Assembly (NCBI GenBank): GCA_002633005.1
Contig: NMRA01000378.1
Span: 372,618-436,617, forward strand
Source: Phoronis australis
Lineage: Eukaryota > Animalia > Phoronida
DNA: 64,000 nucleotides
Reading direction: 5' to 3'
Shown piece by piece: positions 40,411-51,380 of this stretch. The translations under genes were made by a program, and so were the position numbers. The first letter of the stretch is position 1. Each line of letters opens with the position of its first letter. Under the pieces are notes generated by a model. That model searched no databases. It was not told where the DNA came from and was given only the letters and a program-made list of their open reading frames with translations.

Positions 40411-42488
40411 GTGAGTGCTCAAAGCCTGGAAATCATATACATGAGATGTTACAATAGTTGACAAACGTTTTATATTTCATATTAACTTATTCCTGCACTT
40501 GCAAGATTTCATCTTGTGGATGCTCCCTGTCATGATTTTTTCTTGTTTTGCTCAAAAATGCTATCCCTTTGTCCAAATCTGAGACCGACTGTCTCCTCCA
40601 CCAGCCCNCCCCCCCGATCCCCCAACCCCATGATGGACAAACTGCATGACAGAATTTTTGGACAATATCTTCAAATTAACGAGGCTGGATCTGTCTCATA
40701 AAGCCCTTTACATTGTAAGGCATATGTAAAGGACCTCCCAGACCACTCTTCTACACGTGTGTCTGCGAAGTTAGCCGTGTTCTTTGTCCTAAATATTCGT
40801 CTTGTGCAGCAGTTTCTGGGTATATGGGTCGGACGCGCCTAACTACTGGCAATAAACTGGTTAGAATTTTAGTTTTATATGTTAACAGCTGAGTTTAAAA
40901 TTCTGGGTGCGTTCCACTTCGGAATATTGGGCCTACGGTGGCACTGAATAGTTAGCTTGTGGCCGCGGTCAATTTGCACTCCCAAAATGTTAAAATCTAG
41001 GGCTAGGCCAGGCTTGGGGGCATTTTTCAATTAGGTATTGTGTGTAGGCCAAGTGAATGTTTTTTTTGTTGTATTTGTGAACATGCTGGGAATGAAAAAA
41101 TGCCAGTTTCTCGGCTGTAGCTGCACTCTTCTTCAAGATGGTGGCCCCCTGTTGCAGTTGTGCATTGCTGTGTAGCAACTGAGAAATTGGCCGCGATTTC
41201 AGGTAGCCCTCAAACAAGGCAGATTTGCAAAAAAAACTAGTTGGTTGACAGTAATTTTGGACCACATTTTTCATTACCAGCAATATTGAAACCGTGAATT
41301 GCGCATGCGCGAAAATCACTCAGTTAGCCCCCTTCAGAATACATGGGATTCGCAGAAAACACAGCGCGAGGGTCTTATTTATGAATCAAACACATTTGCC
41401 GATAGCACATAACATAGATAAGTATTTTGTTAAAAACGTGGCCAAGTTTCAGCAAAATTGGAAAAAAATTTATGTTTAACATGGTATGGCCAAAGTTTTG
41501 GCTTATTTTGTCGCTTCGATCAGTGGAATCGCCGCTAAAAACCCGAAAGTGCACGTGAGAAAACGATAATTTTCGATCAAGCCTTTCATGTGCGGTTAGT
41601 TGCCGATANTCTGCGAAGTTAGCCGTGTTCTTTGTCCTAAATATTCGTCTTGTGCAGCACTTTCTGGGTAAATGGGTCGGACGAGCCTAACTACTGGCAA
41701 TAAACTGGTTAGAATTTTGGTTTTATATGTTAACAGCTGAGTTTAAAATTCTGGGTGCGTTCCACTTCGGAATGTTGGGCCTACGCGAACAGGAAGTATC
41801 TCGGATTCGTAAAAATAATGCTGCGTCAAACTAGCCGATAAATTTTCAAGCGTATGACGTGTAATTTTCATTTACACTGTACTTCAAATGCCCGCTTGGA
41901 ACGATTCATTATCCAGCGAGTTCAGGCAGCTCATTTCCATATATATTTTGTGTTGCTTGTAGTACATGTCTATTAAGAAGAAGGTAATCTGGCACGGACT
42001 TCTTTCCTTAGAAGTACAACCAGCTGAAGTAAATTTAATATCGATGTGCGTTAACCCAGGTATATTAAATAGACTTTCATGGTTCGCACACCGATTACGG
42101 TTACTGTTTATAGTCTACATATTTAGGAAATCATAAATTTATGAAAATGTGTACTTTTTCAAAAAGCAGTTTTATACTTTGTTAAGAAGGGTTGATTATT
42201 ACTTTTAATGATCCTGCTTGCAATGCTTGATTAACTGTCTTCGTGCATGGAATACATTTTCAATGAATCCCTGGCAGAATTTTAAGTCTACATGTAGACG
42301 CCTCCGGCTTAACATTGCTGGTGGCCGGGGTATCCGAACCTTGCCTGTACGTTACTTGATATAGACGTCAGTGTAAATGAGAAAATACGGCGCTGCAATC
42401 GATTTTAGGAGATCTGAAGCTGATCTTCGTTGAGTTAACGGAAAGTTCACCGACTTCATTATTTTAACGAGTGAGCTGCTAATTAATT

Positions 42489-43458
42489 TTAAACAGTACA
42501 CACCATGGATTTTTGCACATTTTGAATTACCGGTGGCCACAGACTAAATGTATGACGTAAAATTTAGCTTAACCCGTGTTTATTTTGTGTAATTAGCTCG
42601 AAATTTTGATTTTTCTTTCAATTTTACCAATTTTCACATTTCCCGCCATGTGACGTCATGGGTTGAACACAATAGATCAGTGACTAACATTGAACAATGG
42701 CGAAGAGCAGGGAATTTGAAAGCGACGACGATTATGAGCAAGAATTGAACGAATAATATGAAGAAACGTACGGGAATGGTGGCCAGGATGAGGAAATGGG
42801 GTTGCACGAAAGCGAGAACAAGTTTAATATGCTTCCGGCTGCGTACTTTTCTACTTTTAGCCTTACGAACTGGATCCTCCCGCGAGAGAAGCGGCCTCGG
42901 GCCCGGCAAGTCAACCCAGTCATCCAACAGACGATCCTGAATTAAGAGCGGATGTTTCTGAATGATAAATATTGTCCTTTATTGAACCAGGCCTTCATCG
43001 TAACGTCTCCTGTGACTGGAGTCGAAACACGAGTCCTCAAAGTGGGCAGAACACAGAGTGGCCCCGGACCGAATCGCTTGGTCCATGATGACGTCCCACA
43101 CTCTCGTTCGGGGCACGAAGCGATGCCACATCTGCGCAACTTTGGTGTCCTTCGGAACACCGAGACGTTCTCCGCCTGGCTGCTGTTGCTGCAGCCTCCG
43201 GAAACACATCTTTTGATTCCTCTACGAACCTTCTCGACGCTAAATGCACTTTGCTTTCTCTTCACTCTATACACTTTGTCTCTGATCCGAACAGTATGGC
43301 GAACGACTTGAGTTCAACCCATGACGTTGTACATAATTATTATTTTTTCATATTTTGCGTGTTTCTTTACGAGCTGTGCACTAAAGGCACTGAAATCTAG
43401 TAAGATATAATAATAAAATTCATTTTGAGGTACTAGAGTCATGTTGTGTACACTTTAA
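42489..43458. mobile_element. Internally deleted Kolobok transposon: THAP N-terminus (-) and KolX-like N-terminus (+), convergent
   Basis: TTAA flanks; TIRs ttaaacagtacacaccatg / catgttgtgtacactttaa; CVSGGCSN..PKD..W..LCSAHFEDSCF; acidic ORF with PYELDP; subterminal tgacgtcatgggttgaac inverted repeat. Confidence 0.8.
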
Positions 43459-44799
43459 AACCACAGCGCCAGGGAATATGTAGTTACCTTTTAGACGTAT
43501 AGGATACGTTAATTGCGAAGAGCCGAAAATGAAGGACAGCAGTTTTACATAGCTGGACGACAGAGAGCTGCTCCGCCCACGAATTAGTACCGAGATCACT
43601 TCCGATTAATTTGCTAGATGTAAACCTTAGCTCACATGAAAATTTGAAGCCTGTGCGTCCAATATTTTTTAAGAAATGAAGCTTTTATCGCTCGTGGGAG
43701 TGTGACAACAAGTGACCAAGCGAATTTTGTGTGGAACCAATTAAACAATTAGCATCGTTTAGATGTGACAAGATTAAGATTGAAACGACTTCATATATTC
43801 TGTAATGATTGTCAGGTAATAAGATAGACGTCTCCAGGCTACATCATCAGTTAGCAGCTGACAGTGGGGTGGGGGTGTGTTGTAGGGTGGGGGTAGAGGT
43901 CGTTAAAGGCATGATCGGTGTTCCAAATTCTAAAGCTGTCACTGATGGAGCAGCACAGGTTGGAATCATTCAAAACATACAAGTGCATTTGCCATCGTTT
44001 CGTGAATACAAATATTTTGGCAAAGTTTCACCAAAGAGATCTAGTTATGCAAACTACCACCTGGGGGATAGTCGAATCCTAATTATCTAATAATTGACGT
44101 CGACCGATTTCATCACCATAGAAACATATTTTCAAAAAATAATGAAGCCCTTTCGTGTCCCTTGCACATGCGTGATTTCACGTAACTTCCTCAAAATGGC
44201 ACCCTATAAGAGAAATTGGAAGAAACCGCGACAGATTTTCATTGATATGTTCAAATTATCTTGACTGAATCGCTTCCAGAGTTATTTCATTTGATTGTAT
44301 TTTCTGCACTATCGCCCCTGCATGCCGCAGGCATCACTAAGGAACCAAATACCACCTCTTTCCGTAAAAGCAGTAACGTGATTTGAACAAACAAAAATGC
44401 CTTGGTTGAAAAAGGTCCTACCATGTAGTTTGACAGGTTGTAGAAAGAGGTTCTAAGACTGGAGCTGAAAAGATATCAGAAATCAGATCATTCCGGGCTA
44501 CCAGTCAGGGCAAAAAGTCGAGCAGTGTGTATAAAAATGATAATGTAACTGCCGGTTTTGTTGACTAATTTTGGCGGGAAATCACTGGTTGTCTGAATCC
44601 ACACCACAAGCTTCTCGTTCAATAAACAAAAATGACGAAAATTAAGCCGTGGAATTAGGCTTCATTTTATAACTACAACATTCGATCAAAACTCAGTCGA
44701 GCAGGGCGCCCGAAATCCACAGTGCAAACTCTCGCGAATAGTTTCGGGGTCGCAAGCTCCAACAATAGAATACCGTACACGAGTAAGGTGCAGGAGTTG

Positions 44800-46940
44800 G
44801 CACTACATGGCTACAGTTCAGGCCCGTAAGCCAGTATTGAGTGGTTGTGGTTCCAATTTCTATCACGGTGGACTGCAAACGTCGACACTGTAGAGTTTTC
44901 GGTAATGCCCTTGACGCAGCTTAATTAGATGCTGTGACGATTGCTTGCAAATGGCGAACAAGTCAGATGTAATGTGGCCCACAAAGAGAACGTTCTCGCG
45001 TTACCTCCTGCAAAACTTTCAACAAGGCGTGCTTAAATGAGTGGCTACATCTCATTACATGCTCGGACAGAAATATTTAGTGGGAGAATGACTTGACGAA
45101 TTTTTTTATCTGGTTGTATTTTTCGTTTACTTAAGTTGTAAGGCTTACATGTACAAGTACTATTCCAGAGTTTCACTGTTCCAAGGGTTCACTACTTCGA
45201 AGGTTCACTGCTCTGAAAATATCTAAAATTTCAGACTCTGGTGTAATTTGTATACCTTTAAATGCAAACATAACGATACTTTGGTTATTATATGCACTGA
45301 GCCGTGAACCTATAACGAAAGCAACGTCTAGGAAAAGCCCGCATGTCATACCGAAAATTAGTACAAACTTGCAATTTTAAAAGAATGTGAATTAGAATAT
45401 TGATAAATCATCAACCACGATACATTCATCAAATAAATGTAAAGATCAAATCATTTCACAGTGGTGTGCCTATAGCGAAAACAAGACGTTCGGGTACTAA
45501 AGCACTCTGTTTTTGGATTTCATGCGCATTCAAAATTGTCCGCCTTTTTATGTCTTACGAATTTCTTAAAATGAGTACGAACATGGATTTTTAAAAGAAT
45601 GTGAAGATGAAATATTGATGAATCAACCGCAATGCATTCACCAAATCCACGCTAAGATCGCGTCCTTTTGCATCGCGGCTGAAAAGTGTAGGAACGCTGC
45701 GCCTCAACCTCACCCACCGGAACCACGCTGACGGCGGCTAGAAACTAAATGTAGTTAGTAGGCTACCTTGTCACTGCCAATTTTCAAAAAGTCACAGAGT
45801 CCCGTACAGTCTTCTTAAATTTAAATTCGCCGTTGGTCGCCGAAGCAGTGACCCCTGCCCAGATGTTGTCCTCGCTTGAGAAAGGCGTTAGTTAGTTTCA
45901 AGAATCACGATTGGGGTGATTGGATCTGAGCTCATTTGCAGAACAATGTGATCAATGTTTTAAGAACTATTCAGCTGTTGCACACCCTTTAAATGGTCAC
46001 TAAATAGACAAAAATACAATACTTGTACTTTATTCATGTCAGTTCTGACTCATTAATAGACAATCAGAGCAATGAACTGTCTTTGTTCTGGTTTCGGAAT
46101 TGTGGACATTCGATGTAGCGAACTTTCGAAGGTACCAAACCTTCGGAGGAGTGAAACTTCGAAGTAGTGAACCTTCAGAATAGAGTCATGTAAACTTATT
46201 AATCTTTTCCATCAAATTTGTTGCTCGTGTGAAATCTGCGAGGCTGTGCACCATTGACGCTGATTGACAAGAGAAAACTTTCTTCATTAACCAAAGATTT
46301 CATTAGGTCAAGACTTACTTTTCCTCGATAATGTAAACATGCTTGTTGATTTTTTTCAGTGCAACAGAAGTTAAATGTCTTTTTCAGCAACGACGGAGGA
46401 CTACTTAAAGTGAACTTACCGTTGGCGTGTAAATGAATAGAAACGCTCACATGTGAATCCACCAATACACAATCAAAGTGGACACTGGATGAACAACATA
46501 TTTGACGATCACTTTTAATTAGAAATTAAAATATGCCTGCGTTTCACCGTACTTTGATAGAAAATATACCAAAACTGCAGATAACAAACATATTTTCTGT
46601 TGTTTTGTTTCTTGGTCGATTTAGAGGCATTCACACCACACTACATCTTGTGAGCTCTCTCGCTGCTATACATGTACATGTACTGTATGTACCGGTTGCT
46701 TAGTTAGGTTCAGACGTTTGCTCTAGACTCCCTTGTTACCATGTGGTGTAATCGCCACACGTGTTCAGTGCTGATGGCTATTATATAACCTCCTCTAATC
46801 GTCTGCGCGATCATGTCATCTACGCAAACACCACTCGGGCGAAGTTGTCTAGAAACGACCCGACGATTATGTGAAGTGCTTTGAATCGGAAGAAAATTTA
46901 AAATTATTTCTAACTTAGTTACAATTGTACCCATTGGCTA
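44800..46940 (+). repeat. ~2.1-kb segment duplicated in inverted orientation at ~59790-61780
   Basis: Shared blocks, e.g. aacgttctcgcgttac, ttgacgcagcttaat, ccactcgggcgaag; 17-bp subterminal repeats at 45160-45220 and 46110-46185. Confidence 0.8.
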
Positions 46941-47266
46941 CGGGCTTGAGAGTTCCATGATCTGAGTAACACATTGGAAATCTTAAAGCTGCACTTTATC
47001 CAGTATCAGTGGCTAAAAGAAAATCGAAAGATGACTTTCATTTTAATGAAATAGGTCTCATAATTTTCCTTACCGCAACAGGTTTCTGTTTCCTTTACCA
47101 GCATCGAAACCATCAACTTCCCGAAAACACTTCAGAGTTTATTGGGGTTTACAAACTTTGATTCTGGGAACTCGAACAAGACTCTTGAATGCATTCACTG
47201 TAAGTTCAAGCTCAGTCGAAATCAATTCCTGTATTCCGCCCTCCCTCTCTTCTTCTCGGCCTTGAG

Positions 47267-48936
47267 TTAAAGGAGCAAACAACCTAATTTGTATCAATTT
47301 AGATCGAGTAGTTCTACTCCATAACGACACGTACGGTTGCGTTACCTGACACCTGACGGCAGACGGAGGTGTTAAAATTATCCAATGACGTAATTGGTTT
47401 CACACGCAGTCTGTTCAGCAGTTCACAACACGGGTTACTGGTGTCAGCTTATCGCTTGAATTCATCGTTTAACACCAATGAGTTATCAAACTTCGATGTA
47501 AAACCCTTAAAATGCACCGAGTTCTTATAAAAACGTGTTGTTTTATTTCGCTGTTACGGATTTATTGGTATTTGGACACACCGTAGCCTACAAAGTTCGG
47601 CAGGCCAATATGGTCCGTAGCAGGAGTTTGGGATCTGTTCGGAGATAAATTCGAAGTATTTTCCGTGATATACAGACAGGAGAACCTGGATCTGTGTTAT
47701 TTGGACTTGGGATTGTTTGAGTTCTTAAACACACAAAACGCTTGTTATCCTGGCCAGTGGCTCGGAGCCCGATCAGGCCCGTCGCAGCGGCTGGCCGGCC
47801 GGATTGACTCGTTATCCCGCTGGCCAGTGGTTCGGAAACTGATCAGACATCACGAACATAAACCAGCGAAAAATGGAAACTAAACTTCCAGTCAAGAAAA
47901 TACTATACTGGTGAGCCAAAGTAATGTGCACGTGATTATGTTGGTGAATTACACAAGAAACTGCAAATCTACTTACTCGTCGGGGGCCGCGAATTCAGGT
48001 TCCGCTTTGGCCACAGCACCGTCACGGCAGAAGTTGTACATTGACAATCATTATTTTAATAATGTAAATGTAAATAAAGGCTCCCCTAACACAAGGCCGT
48101 GGGATGGAAATCGACGGATTTGTTTCACATCAATTTTTGCCAGCAAACACTTGAATTAGCATGAGCTCACACGGCCTTGGTGTCCCGTCAATTAGTTTTA
48201 TTGTATCTAAAGCCGGTAAGGCAGTGATTTATTCACTGCTGGCTTCTCAAATCATTTGCACTCACGAACACTCCAAAGGCATTACAAATTGCATCTAATG
48301 AGGCAGACTTTGTTTAAGTTTTATATAAGCATTGGTTAGGGTGACAATAATTCATTTTGAAACAGAACGCTCAGTAACAAACATTAACATGTCAACGGCA
48401 ATCCCGTGTGACTTAGACGTGAGCTCATCAGTCGAACCCGACGAAGACTTCACAGGTGGATCGCTAAGTTTCACAGGCTATCAATTCGAACAGGAATACA
48501 GTGATGAAGAGGCCCCGTGAACAACCTCAGACAACGGAACGTATAGATAGTTATTTGGTAAGCCGGCATTCGTCAGCACTGACGACGACTGCTGGCCACA
48601 GACACGGAGATGTTTCACGGCCTCATACTTGCTATTTACAGCATAATTTCAATTCTTCACTACCACGAGCCACTTTCTCAGCATTTCGGACTCTTGAGGA
48701 AGTCGAAAAATACGATATATCCGCTTTCCTCGCAACTGCATAATGGGAACGATGCACCAACATAGCGGCATTCACTCTGCAGATGAACCACTGACGTCGC
48801 TAGCGTAGTTTCTCACGTTCACAGGTTAACGCGACACCTCTTGGCAAGGTAAGGTCGATCGTATTCAAGGCGATGTGGATAGAGACCGATTAAGACGGCA
48901 AAAAGACTAATTAAATCGGGTGGCGTTCTCCTTTAA
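47267..48936. mobile_element. Non-autonomous Kolobok-like element
   Basis: ttaaaggag... / ...ctcctttaa termini; KolX-like GYQFEQEYSDEE followed by a gtaag donor. Confidence 0.65.
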
Positions 48937-51112
48937 ATTATATCAATGGTGCAAAGGCGGCGCTTTGTGCACGACAGTCTTTGCCGTCTTTTATCCGTCG
49001 GGAAGGGTGAAATGTGACATCCCGCATCCTTGGATATTTGTCCAGCTCCCACTTATTTGATTTTTTGTTCCAGTCCACCACCGGGCATGGCTTAAACATG
49101 ATATACAAACTAAAGTATTTAGACGACAGCGAGGCTCACGTACTTCCGTATCTGGAGATATGTCGCAATTTCGTGCCCCACGGCATGGGAGAGCGATCAA
49201 TGCGAATGGCGAGAATTCAAGATCACATGAGCGTTGTCACGGTTTAAGCCCCGTGATGCTTCAGTTAAGAATTCAACATTGACGGTTAAGATATGGCGAA
49301 GTGGAGTTTTTTTTAAAGATTTATAACGTTTTCGTGTACATTTGAAGGGGTGGATGCAGGATTTTGAGTTGGGGCCAGGACACTGAATAATCAGGTTTAC
49401 GCCTCATGCGCGCGCCCAACCTAAAATGTTGGGATATAGGGGGTCTCGAATGTTTGGGTTTGTGTGCCTTATTACTAAAAAAACAAAAAACAAACAAACG
49501 GGGTTTGTTCAAGGCCTGTTCATTGTGCATTCGCCCGCGGAGCCCCCCTGGGTGCGCGCATACAGAGTAGGCTAGTCAGCAATTCGCACCCCGAACTGCC
49601 AAATGGAATGTGATAGAATTTTAGGGGGCCTCGGCCCCCTTGCTGCTCCCCCCTAAAACCGCCTCTGATTTGCACGTAGGCGTATGGTAAATTTTAAATG
49701 GATCAACGGAAAAAACGAGGCACCCAAGTTCACGACATCTTGTTCGTGATCTTACAATCTTATGTTGGGAAGAAATTATTGACTTATTACACAAAGACAA
49801 AACAATTGAAAACCAAATAGTGTGGAATAACAAAAGCATTTTGATTTATAGGCTTACATTCAGCAACAGTTTCTGAGGCAGAGACACTTGGTGAGAGGAC
49901 CTTGTGGATTTAAAAAATCGTGACCTGGGAGGTATTGAAAGAGATACACAATTTCAAACTGAATTAATACAATCCCTTGAGACGTGCAATTAAGGTGAAA
50001 TCTGAGCCTTCCGGGTCAAAGTGCACTTCCTAGTTACAGTGTATCACTGCACTGTTTTAAAGGAATGTTTTGCTTTCTAAAATTGTTTCGTCTCCTGATA
50101 CAGAATACAGTTTGATTGATATTATTTTACTTTAGGCAACACATTAACCAAGTTTAAGTTCTTCCATACAAAACTCTTGTTGCCCTCTTATGCAGGAACC
50201 TCCAAATATTACTATATTCATAAAGAGGTTTTGGACAACTATGTTTTAGAAAAAAGACGCGATTAGTTAGACAAGTGACGATACCTGTGCGTCTTGTGGA
50301 ACTGTTGAAACATTTAATATTGTGGTTGTGAAACGTGGCTTTGTGAAAAATAACGGGTACGAGATTCAGAAACTCTTAACTGCACAACACGATGTAATCT
50401 TACATGAGAAATAAAGATGGTATTTTGAATGATGCCAAACTCATTTTGGATGTATTTTTGGGGGCCTCTAATTCTATATTAATGTATTTGTCAATGTTTT
50501 ACTCATACGTGCTCTGAAGACCAGACAATTTCTAGTTATACACTGTACACAATTAATTTCCGCGAGTATGACAGGCCCTTAGGAAGGTAAAAATATTGGG
50601 GGGCCCAAACCAAATCGACCTCGCCAACTTACCTCCTTCCTGTCGCCACAACCCTCCCCCGTTCTCTGGATGTCACCATATTTGTACGCCCCCCCCCCAC
50701 CGTTCTCCATAGGTGGGTTGGGAGATAATACCTGAGATGCAACCATCAGTATTTGAGTAACCGTGAACCAACAAAGTTTCACGGAGTTTAATAATGGGTC
50801 TAGGGCCAGCGCCCTGACGGGTAGCTGGGTTCCAACAGTGGATTCGATGAACTAGAGCTAGTCAGCTCAGCTATGATTCACTTGAGACAGGCAGCTTAGC
50901 TCGCACGTATTCCTCCGCGGTGGATCTAAGGTCAAGGTTCGTTTTATTATGACCAAGTTTCGGGAAAACTTCATTTTATCGTGGCCTTTCTTTGAAGGGC
51001 ATTTTGGAAAGGTGAGGTCCCGAGGTCCCTTGTATGAGTGCTTTTGTGGCCGTTTCAAAATCCCTTGATGAAACACAGCCGGTAATCAACTTTCTTGTGG
51101 CTGGGGAAATGA

Positions 51113-51380
51113 TACAGAGTGTTTCCCAAAAATGTACACACTTCATTGCCTGGAGCTCAAATTCAGCTCCCGTGGGTCACTGATATTCTGCGCAGGCCCA
51201 CTGCACAGTTACACCTTATTTTTATCGTGGTACGTCAGTTATGACGTGCTCTGTGTATGTAGTATGCACAGGAATGGAAAGCAAATGAGTCATTTTTGAA
51301 GAGAATTCACTGCGCAATACTATTGGAAACTAACAACATCAAGGAAGTGCAAAGAGAACATTTCCCAGTTGATGCGCAAT
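51113..51380 (+). mobile_element. Tc1/mariner remnant (left TIR and transposase N-terminus)
   Basis: TA|CAGAGTGTTTCCC terminus; YYWK/TNNIKEVQRE HTH-like fragment. Confidence 0.5.

Noticed and set aside
42012-42059. 48-nt symmetric exon in unit B
   Set aside because: The paralog in unit A gives 47 or 50 nt and the donors are weak
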